DNA of 64,000 nt from NCBI GenBank assembly GCA_951406725.2, contig OX597823.1:64666001-64730000 (forward strand), in the 5' to 3' direction. A model generated the notes under the pieces. That model did not search any database. It was not told the DNA's origin and was given only the letters and a program-made list of their open reading frames with translations. The position numbers were made by a program, and so were the translations under genes. This DNA comes from Octopus vulgaris (lineage: Eukaryota). Of the stretch, positions 12,081-25,666 are shown piece after piece (positions within the stretch are counted from its first letter, which is position 1; each line of letters opens with the position of its first letter).

Positions 12081-12124
<44 letters not shown>

Positions 12125-12276
12125 CTGGTATGTATATATGAAACTGCACTATCTTTCTGTTCTCTTGTTAGTGTGGCAGCATGTTATAAATAGTGAAAAA
12201 AAGTTATAAGCATATAAATATATATTTATGAATTTGCAGTATATAATATATGTATGCATGTATGTATTTATGTATG

Positions 12277-12322
<46 letters not shown>

Positions 12323-13034
12323 TTGGTGTGTATGTGTGTGTTTGTGTGTGTATTTATGGATTTACACACACACACACAAACACTTTCAGACACACACAAA
12401 TATATATATATATATATATATGTGTTTGTGTGTGTGTGTGTGTGTATATTTATATATTTACAGACATCAAGCTGTAAAGATTCAGCCAAAAGTGTCACAG
12501 AAGTCTGGTACAGGCTTCTGCATTGCTGGTTTCTGTCAAACTGTTCCACCCATGCCAGCATGGAGGCAAACATTAAAGGAAATAGTCTTACAGCTGTTTC
12601 TGGGATATTATGGATATCCCTTCATCAGAGATGGTTTGAGAAGGTTAAATAGAGGAAATATTTGAGTTAGAATTATTATGGAAAAGGAGGAGAAAGGGAG
12701 TATAGGGGGAAATAAGAGAATGGAAGTAGAAATAAGATATATAAAGATATTGTAGTTGCAGTTTCATTATTCGAAGAAAGTGGTGTATAGAAGTGGTAAA
12801 AAAAGTTTCCTGTACATGGTATGTAAGTTCCAGTAGTAGTTCATGTTTAGTCATTTCAAGTATCGATCTGTGGATTCTGTGCTTTAAGCTAATACATCTG
12901 TTTGTTGTCTACACCACCTGTCTTCGTCTTGTGTTTTTTTGTGAATTCTCCCCATGTATGTCTATTTACCTGAGAGAAGCAGAATTGAAATTCTATCTGA
13001 TCATTATGAGTATAGCAAACTGAAGACAAAAATA

Positions 13035-13549
13035 TCTATAATGATAAAAGCAAAATTTTGTCTGTCTGTCTACGACCCCTGTATCTCAGTCTACATTTGC
13101 TCTTCATAGACATATAAGAGCCTTTTGAAATCAGGAGGATCCTTGAATTGAAAATCTACCCTTAGTTTGGTTCTTGAACATCCAGCATTGAGATCTGATT
13201 TAAAAGAATTTAGGTTGCTATTTCTATCAGGTAAAGCTTGATCTCTGATTTACGACATCAGAGATCAAGCGGGAGATAAATGACATTTGCTTCATTAATT
13301 TTACCTCAAGATAAGAACTTTGGGACAGTTGGAATTGACCAACTTGGACTGGAACAACAGAATTATTGCATTACAGAATTAATTCTCATCTGTCCTTAAC
13401 TTCTGATCAAACATCATCAGGGCATATAGTCATTACAGATGTATTATAATCATGCTATTTAACCCTATTCAATTTGGGGCTACAGGTCCATTTAGCCCTT
13501 CACAGGAGTCAGCCTAAAAGTCAACCCGGAGTGTAGCTTTTAAGCTAGT
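13035..13549 (+). mobile_element. Probable non-autonomous Helitron
   Basis: A|TCTATAATGATAAAAG 5' end and CTAG|T 3' end preceded by a degenerate GC motif. Confidence 0.4.
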
Positions 13550-15049
13550 ACATCATATAATACAGTTACATAATATGAGTTGTTTTCTTCTGATGAGTTT
13601 TATTGTTTGTTACAAACATGGCATCGTTTATCTTTTATCGTTGATTTTTTTCTATCATTGGACTGTGGATATGCTGGGACATGGTCTTGAAAGGTTTTTA
13701 GTTGTTGAAATTGACAACAGAAGTTTTACCTTTTTTTTTTCACCTTCTCAGGTTATGCCAACTCATAAGGACCTGTTTCCTGGTTTCCATGGCGTATATC
13801 TTCCTCACTTCAATGGGACACTGGTCCATGAAAGGATTTCTCATTTTTGCCAGCTGAGTGGACTGGAGCAATGTGAAATGAAGTGTTTTGCTCATGAACA
13901 CAACACGCCACCTGGTCCAGGAATCGAAACCACAATCTTATGATCATGAATTCAACACCCCAACCATTAAGATATGAGCCTTCACCCCAAGCAATATAGG
14001 TAAAAACACACACACATGCATACACACATAAAATGCAGTAAAAGCTCCTTCTTGTGCCATGGTCTCATAAGGCTGGTTTCTTAGGTTCTGTGGCTTGTAT
14101 ATATATTACTCTATGGATTAGATGCTGATCTGTTGCAAGATTGATTCATTTTTAACAGCTGAGGGGACTAGGGCCATGTAAAAGGAAGAGTTTTGCTCAG
14201 GAATGCAATGTATTGGCCAGTCCAGGAATTGAAACCACAATCTTACAGTCATGAGCACAACACCCTACTTACTGATCCACACACCTCCAAGCAGACACAC
14301 ACATATATGCATACATGTATGAGTGCAGGTGTCAATTTGTTCATGCTGTGGTGTGTGTACTTACACGTTTACACACACACAAATACATGCACACATACAC
14401 ATGCATGCATATGTATTTATTTATATGTGCATGCCTGTGTGTAACTATGATGTGTCTTTGCATTTTGAAATATGTAATTATGTGCATGTGTATGTGTATG
14501 CGGTGTATGTGTGTCTACATGCATGCATGGACTCATGGTTGCATGTATGCGTATACAGAGATATGCCTGCACAGTGTGTGTAAATTGATGATACACGTAT
14601 GCATAGGTATCTAAACACCTTTGCAACCTTGTAATATTTGCACGTATCTTCAAGTGTTTGCCATTTCCATCCTTGGCTATTTAAGATCATCCGAATTCTT
14701 GTATGAAATTACACGCTCAGTGTCAGAAAACAGTTTATCTACTCTGCTAGCATAAGGGGAAAACAAAAAAAAAAAAAAAAACTACAAAAAGAAAAAGTGC
14801 GAAAATTATCTCTGCAACAGATATTTACTGAAGATTATTCGGAGCTTCCTTCTGGGTAGTTTCTATCCTGGTGATGATAGGTTATGCACATGTTATGTTA
14901 TACTAATGTAATATAAACTATGTCATTCCCAAGAGAAGACATGCAAGAGAATTCAGAGCACGTATTCATAAATGTATGCATGAAAACGGTGTAGAAATAC
15001 ATACGTCTTATAGAGATTTACAAAAACCTGAAGACTCTTGGCATGGAAA

Positions 15050-15090
<41 letters not shown>

Positions 15091-15252
15091 TACACACATA
15101 TATATATACACAAACAAATATATATGTGTGTGTGCATACATACAAACATACATACATGCATACATACATACATATATATATAAATACATATATAGATATA
15201 TGTGTGCAGATATATATATATATTTATAAATACATATATATATATATATATA

Positions 15253-15307
<55 letters not shown>

Positions 15308-15322
15308 TATCTAATGTATGTA

Positions 15323-15367
<45 letters not shown>

Positions 15368-16364
15368 GGGTGCATGTGTGTGTGTGTGTCTAATCACTAA
15401 ATGCTATTATAATGAAAAACATGACAGTGTCACGACAGAAGTAATATACCACCTGACTTAGTCATTGACATTATCGATATTGGTGCAAAGATGGGTGTCT
15501 GGTTCAGAAGTTCAATTTGTGGTCATTGGTTTAGTGTTTTGTGGGGTCTAATCCTACAGCATTCTACTTTAGGTACATATGTCTCATACTATATAACCTC
15601 AGGTTGAACAATAACTGTAAGGGAGATTTCCTAGGTGGACACTGTGCAGAGAGGCTCATCGTGTCCTGTGTACAGGTGTGTTCTGTGTATATGTTGTAAC
15701 CAAGTTTGTCTTGTGATACACACAAAAATACTATATACGTGTATATATATATGTGTCTGTGTGTGTGTGTATGTATATATAATATATATATATATATATA
15801 GGCATTCATAGATAGAGATAGACTAGCATGCATAGACATACATAGATAAATATACATTGGCATACATAGACATACATCGATAGGCATACATTGATTGCCA
15901 TGCATAGATAGGTATACATAGATAAGCACAGGCATACGTTGATAGATATACATCGATAGACATACAGTAATAGATATACTTAGATAGGCATACATAGATA
16001 GGCATAGGTGTACATAGATAGACATACATAGGCAAACATAGATAGGCATATATAGATAGGCATACAATGTTAGGCATGCATAGATAGACACATATAGGGA
16101 CCAATGCAAGATTAGTCAAAACGATTGTTGTGATTAACAAAGAATTTCTTTAATTCCATTTTACCTGAAAGTTTAGGGGAAGGGACAAGTCGATTACATC
16201 AACCCCAGTGTTTCACTGGTACTTAATTTATCAACTCTGAAAGGATGAAAGATAAAGTCGATCTGAGCAGAATTTTGAACTCAGAATGTAGTGGCAGGTG
16301 AAATACTGCTAAGCATTTCACCCAGCATGCTAACAATTCTGCCACGTTGCCACTTTAATATATT

Positions 16365-16429
<65 letters not shown>

Positions 16430-16435
16430 TAATAG

Positions 16436-16756
16436 CCATGTGTTGCGAGGAATTCTTTGGTGTTTGAATAATTCGCCTCTGGAAACATGGGTGTTTTGTT
16501 CATCATCTTTAAACAAATCTTATTCAAGGACCTTTTGAGCAGGATGGGCTACTTAACCTGAAAAAATTCTAACTGGGCCCCACCTGCAAGATCATGTGCT
16601 ATTTATCTTGATATAACATCACCATGTGGCGCACATGTGGTTGTGATGCATGTGCTGGGGTGTACCTTTATCAGATGGGTAGTAATGATAGGTATATTGG
16701 GCTTCATATAATTGTACCCCAGTGTCCCTTTGATGGCATGCACTGCTCTCTCACTC

Positions 16757-16757
<1 letters not shown>
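16436..16757 (+). mobile_element. 3' fragment of a non-LTR element within (AAT)n (R4/Dong-like)
   Basis: Complex segment flanked on both sides by long (AAT)n; begins HVLRGILWCLNN, loosely like the C-terminus of restriction-like-endonuclease (RLE) elements. Confidence 0.45.
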
Positions 16758-16806
<49 letters not shown>

Positions 16807-18247
16807 TAATAATAATAATAACACTACTAATAATGGCTTCAAATTTTGCCTCATGGACAGCAATTTTCGGGGAAGGGATGAGTCAATTACATCGATCCCA
16901 GTGTTCAATTGATACTTATTTTATCGATCCTGAAAGTTTGAAAGCAAAGTCGACCTCAACGGAATTTGAACTTGGAATTTAGCAATGGGCAAAATACTGC
17001 TAAGCATTTTGTCCAGCATGCTAACAGTTCTGCCAGCTTGCCACCTTAATAATACTAGTAATAATAATAATAATGGCAACAATGACAATAACTGCAATGA
17101 CAACAGCAATGATATAATAAGTACACTATCATATTTGCATATATCAAATTTCAGTACGCAGGTAGATGTGAGAAGGCTCATGGAGTGCAATTGTTAAAAC
17201 TTCCAAGAATAATCACTTTTATATTCTCATGACTGATTATTTGAAATGTCGGAAATGGTGTGCTTTTTTAATTTAATTTAATTCTACTTTTGATTTTTGT
17301 GTAAGTTTTGTGTTCATTCTGTCAAATTGTTTATGTGAAAGTTTTGTGTTTCTTAGTATGATATAGATTATTTTTGAAAATTTTTTTTAGACTAAAATAT
17401 AGATCACACAAGTTGTTTGTAATCAGATACATTTGTACGTTGTTGCCTTCTTGGCAATATTTGTTTAATTTACGATTGAATCACATGAATATTTGTCAGT
17501 AGATTAAAACTAAAGAATCACAAGCAAGAATGGCAGCTGATCACTTTCTATAGAACCAAATAAACAAACAAATGAATAGATAAACAAATAAGTAAATAAA
17601 TAAAGGAATAAATAAATAAAAACAAACATTGCTGCAGAAACAACAAAGGTGATTAATGTAAACTCTTGTCAAAAATCAAGAAAACAAGCCTGATTATTTT
17701 ACATCAATGGGATTCCATCCTTGCTTAGTTTCTCATACATCAAAGTATGGAAACAAATAAGGTAACAAAATGAAAACGAACATCAACAAAACCATGTTAG
17801 AATTAATATAGCTTTGACTTTTAATAAGATCAAACATCTTTACCTTTCCTCCTATCTTCTCTCATTCTTCATTGAGCATCTTTTCTACAGTGAATTGTTT
17901 GATCGCTTTTACTCCTGGTATACTGCCATGCTTTGCATTTGGTTTCTCGCAGAATTGACTTTTGCAAATGAATATTTCTATCTCATCATTGTCACTTGTG
18001 TCATTGTTGTCACCATACTTCCCATCGTCATCATAATTGTCATTGATGTTTTCATCATCATCATCATCGTTATCATTGTCATCATTGCTGTTGTTCTCAA
18101 CATAATAGCACAATGACATTCACAACCATCATCACTATATATTCACTTTACAAGCTGGCATGCTTTGGATGGGTCATTATGGCTCAAGTTATATTATATA
18201 TTATATAGAGGTGAAAGAGCTGCATTCCTAACCAAGTCAGGGAACTA

Positions 18248-18765
18248 TGTCTCATTTTTGTCATGCTTTGTGTCTCATTTACTTGCCACATTTTATCATG
18301 GTTTCTGTCCAATTTGCAAGCTCATTTTTGTCATGGTTTGTGTCTCATTTGCTTGCCACATTTTTATCATGGTTTCTGTCCCATTTTCCTGTCTTATCTT
18401 CGTCATGGTTTGTGTTTCATTTGCTTGTCTCATTTTTGTCATTGTTTGTGTCTCATTTGCTCGTCTCATTTTTGTCATGGTTCTGTCTGAGTTGTTTGTC
18501 TCATTTTTGTCATGCTTTCTAGCTTACTTGCATGTCTCATTTTTTATCATGGTTTGTGTTTCATTTGTTTGTCTCATTTTTGTCATAGTTTCTGTCTCAG
18601 ATTTTTGTCTCATTTTTATCATGGTTTCTATTTCATTTGCACGTCTCATTTTTTATCATGGCTTCTGTCTCATTTTAATCATGCTTTCTGTCCCATTTGC
18701 ATGTTTCCTTTTTGTCATGGCCTGTGTCTCATTTACATGTGTCGTTTTTATCATGGTTTCTATAA
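18248..18765. repeat. 36-bp minisatellite, ~14 degenerate copies
   Basis: Unit CATTTTTGTCATGGTTTGTGTCTCATTTGCTTGTCT; gives the 12-aa periodic ORFs in the track. Confidence 0.9.
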
Positions 18766-19271
18766 CAGGAAACTTTAGGGCTGAATGAAAGCATAAGAAA
18801 AAATACAAAAGCTAAATGCTATAATTGAATCTATGCATTACTAACATGGCCTTCCTGCAAGAACGGCTAATAGTATTCTTTGTATTTCTTTCTTTAATTA
18901 TGCATGTCATTCTAACTTTTCATCATCTGACACAAGATCACCTCCTCCAATGACCCTACCCCTCTCAAAAATTCCTTATCTTGGTGACCAGGCCTGTGCT
19001 GGTGCCATGTAAAAAGCATCCCATCCATGCTGTAACGTGGTTGATATTTGGAAGGGCATCTAGCTGTAAAAACCTTGCCAAAACTGACCTCACCTGTGCT
19101 TGTCCTATGTAAAAAGCATTCAGTCCACTCTGCAAGTTGGTCGATGTTTGGAAAGGCATCCAGCCATAAACACTATGCCCCAAAACAAACACAGTAGTCT
19201 GGTGAAGTTTTCTACCTGGCTGGCACCTATCAAACTGTCCGACCCATGTCAGCATAGGAGGCAGATGTTAA

Positions 19272-19339
<68 letters not shown>

Positions 19340-20264
19340 GGTGGTGGTGGTGGTGGTGGTGATGATGATGATGATGATGATGAATAACTAAAGTGTGATG
19401 GCAACAAGCTAATGAGAACTAGTTGCATGAATAAATCTTTCTTGTTTTTTTTTTTTGTTTTCATACAAGATGCAAGTAGCCATGGAGATCCTCCTGCAGG
19501 AACCTGCTCTGCCCTGCCCTAGTAATTCTCTTGTTCCTTAACGTTAAAAGAGGCCGATAGAATAAGTACTAGGCTTACAAAGAATAAGTCCTGGGGTTGA
19601 TTTGTTCGACTAAAAGGCAGTGCTCCAGCATGGCCACAGTCAAATGACTGAAACAAGTAAAAGAGTAAAAAGAGTATATAGAGGCTGTCTCATTGGTTTG
19701 TTATATCCAGTAAACTTTAAGAAAATAAGCTGTTTTTGGGGCGAAAAATTTACTTTGGATGAAACTAATGCTCACCTATTTTGTTGTTGTTGTTCAACTG
19801 CAGATCAATGATATGATTAAAAAGGTACCGACTTTGACCATCCCTTTTATTTGCATGTGTAGGAGTATATTATGCTGTCCAATTGTTAATTTTTTTAAAA
19901 GACAATATGGTGTGATGTGAATGAGATTTAGTTACCATTTTTAGCTAGTTGAGTGACTGTATTGTGGCTTTCTTCCTATTCTCTTTCAGTTCTTCCTTCT
20001 CTGTTTTCCTCATCTTCTTTGTAGATCATTGAACATAATAAATAATGGTTTCAAATTTTGGCACAAAGTTAGCATGTTCAGGGGAAGGGAGCTAGTCAAT
20101 TACATCGGCCCCAGTGCTCAAATGCTATTTACTTTATCGACCCTGAAGGATGAAAGGTAAAGTCAACATTGGCGGAATTTGAACTCATAACATGAAGACA
20201 GATGAAATGCTACTAAGTGTTTTCTTTAGCATGCTAATGATTCTTCTAGCTCGCCACCCTATCA

Positions 20265-20657
20265 TCTACTATAATAATACTCTTGTGTTTTTCTCCATCA
20301 CGACATATGAATGAGAAAGGAAGGGGTGATAGATGAATAAGGAAGGAAGGGGTGATGACAAACTTGGTAGTGGGATGACGGAAATTGTATAGTGGAAAAA
20401 AGATCAGTATTTCAGCTCTGTGTGAGTATATGCGCGTATGTGTGAGTATATGCGCGTATGTATGTGTACAAGGGAAGTACGTAAATGTTTGTATATTTGA
20501 ACCAGCGTTCTTTCAGTAACAAACGATGATCAATGTCACATCTCAATAGACAACTACTAGATAACATTAACAAGTGTATTAATTTGATTTACCATCCATG
20601 TTTATATATAAAATACTACAATTAGCTATCATTTTTGACAGCACGGAGCCAGCTAGT
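20265..20657 (+). mobile_element. Non-autonomous Helitron
   Basis: A|TCTACTATAATAATACTC 5' end and GCCAGCTAG|T 3' end; 5' part shared with 43641-44197. Confidence 0.7.
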
Positions 20658-21772
20658 AACAAATGATATTGTCTATGAAGTAGTTTGCATTTCATTTCTA
20701 ATAAATAGTTGTTTTAGATCCATAATTCATAGCCAACTGAAACTTTCTCAACCAAGGGGCAATTTCAGGATTCTTGGAGGAGAAATTTGGGATTCCAGTG
20801 GTGAAATTGCTTTGAGATAGAAAAATTCTTTGTTACTATTTACAGTGTTTTCTAGATATATTTTCCTTAATGTTGATTTTAGACCTTCATTCAGACTCCA
20901 CCTACGTGGAATTTGAAATAAGAATCAAAAATCAGGTTCAGCAAGACATGTTGCTTGATTCTTTAATAATTCTACTACCCATGACCAGTACTTTATTTAT
21001 TGAATTCAAAAAGGTGAGAGGAAAAAGTTGGCCTTTGCAGAACTTGAATCCAGAATGTAAAGAGCTGCAACTGATTCAGCTGAAAATCTCATTTGGCCCT
21101 TTAACAAGTCAGACAACTTATGAAAACAAGACATTTGTACTCAGAGCCAGAGCTTGTTTCAGTGGGGTTGGTAATGAAAGGGTTAAAATATGAACATTAT
21201 AAAATATGAACATTATAAAATAAAAAGTTGGCCTTTGCAGAACTTGAATCCAGAATGTAAAGAGCTGCAACTGATTCTGTTGAAAATCTCGTTTAGCCCT
21301 TTAACAAGTCAGACAAACCACTGCTCTGGACTAGCAGTTTCATTTATCAATCCTAAAAGCATGAATTGTAAAACTGACTTTAGCTGAATTAGATCACATA
21401 GCATTAAGCACCAAAATAAGACAATCTATCAAACACTCTGTCTTTACTAATTTTTCACATATTGGTTTCAAATTTTGGCACCAGGCTTGCAATTTCAGGG
21501 TAGGAGAATTAGCGGATCACATTGACTCCAGTTCTCAACTGCAATTTATTTTATCAACCTCAAAGAGCATGAAAGGCTAAGTCAACCTTGATGGAATTTG
21601 ATCTCAGAACACAAAGACAGAAGAAATGCTGCTAAGCATTTTGCCTGGCATGCTAACGATTCTACCAGCTCACCACCTTAATAATAATTTTCCCCATATT
21701 AATAAGAGTAAGAGCAGAGATTCCTAGCATATCATTACAAAATGCTTCTTGGTTGTAGCCAACAGGCTCAGC

Positions 21773-22000
21773 TTAACCCTTTTGTTACTGTATTTATTTT
21801 GAGATGTTCTGTATTTCTTCCAATTACTTTAAATATAACAAAGAATTTAGTAAAACTACTTAGTTATCATTCAGCTAGTATTAGGAACATAAATTGTGAC
21901 TAAGGTTTGGTGGAAGATTTTAATTCAAAACTTATGAAAACAAGACATTTGTACTCAGCACCAGAGCTGGTTTCAGTGGGGTTGGTAATGAAAGGGTTGA
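21773..22000. mobile_element. piggyBac-like MITE
   Basis: TTAA-CCCTTTTGTTAC ... GGTAATGAAAGGG-TTGA TIRs; opposite-orientation copy at 46749-46937 with TTAA on both sides. Confidence 0.75.
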
Positions 22001-22899
22001 AATATGAACATTATAAAATAGAAAGTTTTATTAAATGAAATCAGAAGCTGTCTGAAGTGGGTTGATATCAAAAGCATTGAACATATTTTCAGCTAAATCA
22101 CGATTAATACTCATAAAGTTTTAAAATCTAATTTAATTCAATTGAAATCAAATTTAGTGAACAATTATTTGTCAGCGTTTCATAAAATTGTACAACTCAA
22201 TTCAAATTTTCATATTTAAAACATATTAATTGAACTATCATGTTTGGGAAAACTCTCAAATCAATTTTTTTTAATTTAGTGTAATTATATCTTCATAAGT
22301 GCAGTTGTTTATTAGTGTTGTTAACATGCTGGATAAAATCTGCTTCGAGCCTATATGTTTATGAAGCTGGAGTTTCTCTAGATTTTCAGGATGAGAGTAC
22401 AGGATACCAATCTGTGACAGGGTTGATCTCCAGGGGCAACTGATCCTCTTTTTCACCCTTGTGTGTACTGGAGGGATGTGTAATGGAGTTCCTTGCTCAA
22501 GGACACAATGCATTATCTGGTCCAAAGGATCTATGAATTATTGATTGTGAGCTCAACATCTCCCTAAGCATGCATCTTCATACTGGATAAAATGCTTTGT
22601 GGTATTTTTTCTGGTTCTCTACTTTCTGAGTTCAAATTCTGCCAAAGTCAGTCTGCCTTCTATCCTTGTGGGATTGATAAATTTAAATATAATTTATATT
22701 GCTAAAATAATAGTCTCTGTCCCTCAGAGCTTGTTAGTCTTGTATTTCCATCACTCAGGCATCCCTGCCTCACTTTTCTTTCCGTCTTTCATCACTGCAA
22801 TGTAGACTGCAATGATAAACACCAATTACAACCACATTGTTGCAGTAGAAATACTTATGATACAGCTAACATGGTAACAACATTGGTAAATGGAGTCGG

Positions 22900-23350
22900 G
22901 ACTACCTTATGTACAAATAGATGTGATAAATGCTCATGCAGGGAAAAATCAAAATGTCCTGTTGATGAATTTCTGTATGAGTACAAATCTTGTATATAAA
23001 TGTACTGTGTACACAAGGGGAGGGCTGTATGTTTACATTGAGCAGATGAATGATTCATTTAAGAATAGTTATCGTAACCATGTCACCAGCTTTAAGACAA
23101 CCAATAAGAGACATTCAACATCTTTGGCCAATTTTGTATGGTGACTGAAGGAGGATAAAATGAAGTACAGCATAATTTGGTTCATAGTAAGGCACACGAA
23201 GCCAGCCTTATAATATATTTCTAGGATATGCTGTCTCTTCTCTGAAGAATCCCTGTCTATTCTGTGGACTAACAAGAAGATCATTAATAGAATTTCTGAA
23301 AGACTCTCGAGATGCCTGCATGCATAGAGATATACTTTCACACAATGCAG
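22900..23350 (+). mobile_element. Degenerate Penelope-like element, GIY-YIG endonuclease region
   Basis: CSCREKSKCPV/CMSTNLVYKCTV..VYI..FKNSYRNHVTSFK..STSLANFVW*LKE..CCL..EE..IL..INR.SE..RCLH, the typical PLE C-terminus, with stops and a frameshift. Confidence 0.8.
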
Positions 23351-23949
23351 TCGGAATGAATTTTGAGTAACCATTAACATAATTTAATTTACTTTAAGGT
23401 ATCAATAACTAAAAATTACTTTTAACCTCCCCATTCTTATAAACATCAAGTAGATAGTTAACTCACTTTGTGATCATGAGTGCACCAAACCTCGCATGTG
23501 CATATGATCACATTTACATGAATGCTTGTATGAGCGAGTGTACTTGCACTATGCAGCTTGCCCAAAGGTGTTTATACATCCATATTTGTTAATGGTTATT
23601 TTCAATACTTTTCTCACTGTATTGCCTGGTCGTTTCTCTTTTTCCCCATCTGTGATTTTATTTTCGATCTTCTATATAAATGAAGATAGTTCCTCCGTTT
23701 CCTCCGTTTGGCTGTTTTACTTTCTACAAAATGAGAAGTTACATTGCAGAACTGTTATTTTAATGAGTTGTATCTATTTATCACCCAATGAGATACATCT
23801 GCACCACCAGATGCTCCTGAACAAGTTCTTGAGTGTCCCACCCATGAGGAAACGATTCTAGATGTGTCGAACCAATTGTCGTGATTTTCTCATATATTCC
23901 AACTTTGGTCTTTCATTTGCCATAAAAATATGTGGGTGTGCGCACACAC

Positions 23950-23994
<45 letters not shown>

Positions 23995-25063
23995 TTTGTT
24001 TGCATTTGTTTCCATCATTTGCTTGACAACCAGTGTAAGTTCGTTTCACTATTGTCTTTACCTGTCCCATCACTGAAACAAGTAAATGATAAAAAGTAAA
24101 ATGCATTTGTGTGTGTGTGTGGGGGGGGTCTGTGGGTGTGTGTGTGCTGACATGGGATAAAGTGGTGAAATATAATCTTCAGTTGTTGAGTTTTACGGAG
24201 ATGATGACAAGTCAGAGACATTTGGCAATCTGCTGTGTTGGAGAAGACACACGTCATGTTGAATGAAGTTGTAGTCATGGCCAGCACTGGTGACGTGTAA
24301 GAGGCACCTGTGCCAGTGACATGTGAAAGGCACCTGTGCTGGTGACACATAAAAGATAACCTGTACTGGTAACACATATATAAGGCACCCGTTACACTCT
24401 GTGGAATGGTTGGTGTTAGAAACCAAGCCAAAACAGGTTGGAGTCTAGTGCATTTACTTGGCTAACCAGTTCCAGCCAAACTGTCTAAACCACACACAGA
24501 CAATAAATGAAGAAGAAGATGATTATGATAATGATGATGATGATGATGATGATGTATGAATATGTGTGTATATGTATGTATATATGCCTGCATGTATGAA
24601 TGTGCATATGACTGTATGTATGTATGTTTGTATATCTTTTTGCCAATGTATGAAAATTCCTTGTCACTCTTGTCATCCGCAAAAGCGGTAAAGCTGTGAT
24701 TGTCTTATTAGGAACTTGCAAGCAAGAACTCTAATAATATTCACTGATCGCAACATAAAATATATAAATCAAATAAATAAACGCATAAATATAATAAAGC
24801 ACATCATTATGCAGTCGCATTATATAATTCGATACCCAAAGGTGTTTTGTATGCAACAGTTTCAGAGACATGGACGTCAATTCATGGCAAGCAAATTTTT
24901 TTGCCACTCAAAACGATTTGTGTTTGAAATAGAATTCGGAGTAAATTACGCTGTTTCGGTGTAATTACATTGCATTATATTGGACCACAAATAATTTTAT
25001 TTATTTATCTATTTATTCATTTTATTTTATTTACGTTCTCTTTCTTTTTTTTTTTTTTGTTAG

Positions 25064-25202
25064 AATCCTTAGAGTAAGACCTTCAAGAGGACTCATTACA
25101 AAAGGACACCAAATCTGTATTCTGAGATTCTCTCCACAAGAAATTAAGAAATATCACGAAGAGATAAAACTGTCCTTCAATAATTGTCAGAAACTTTATC
25201 GG
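25064..25202 (+). CDS. CFAP65: Internal coding exon of cilia- and flagella-associated protein 65 (CCDC108)
   Basis: Long polypyrimidine tract then TTAG acceptor; donor CGG|GTACGT. 1 nt + 46 codons: ILRVRPSRGLITKGHQICILRFSPQEIKKYHEEIKLSFNNCQKLYR. Resembles the human CFAP65 segment as I recall it (ILRPTSGLVAPGAHQIILI...LQCNASPQYLK). Ends in phase 0, matching the next exon. Confidence 0.85.
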
Positions 25203-25666
25203 GTACGTTTCCAGTTCATTCTCTGCAATTGCTTTCACATGAAAGCATTCAAATCATTTCTGAATCTGTATTTGTTGTTGTGTTGTTGTTGACCTTGGAT
25301 TAGCTCTGATTCAGCAGACCTATAATCAAAGATGTTCAAACCATGATGATGCTGTCTATTATTTTTTTTTCTTCAGGCAGATTATTCCCTGAGCTACATC
25401 TTTTAATGTGGCATTCTTTCATTTTCAAGGTAGTAGCGATACAGTTTGAGGAGATTTGGTTGCTATTTCTAGCAAGTAGTACTATGAGTAGAATGCTTTC
25501 TCATTGACTTCAACCAGTAAACCGTTGAAAGATTTTCATTGTTGTTGCTGTTGCTTAACTCTCAAGTCAGCCTTGATCAAGAAAACCATGATTAAAGGCT
25601 TTCCAGCCATGACCAGCATGTCCTTTTGCATACATACGTCCATCGATCTATCCATCCATCCATCCA

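Noticed and set aside
14821-14855. Possible upstream CFAP65 micro-exon (IFTEDYSELPS)
   Set aside because: Weak polypyrimidine tract and no recognisable similarity to the expected CFAP65 segment.
17844-18119. Minus-strand ORF/exon ending near AAG|GTAAAG
   Set aside because: The N-terminal part is a (GAT)n-like repeat, there is no convincing acceptor, and I see no homology.
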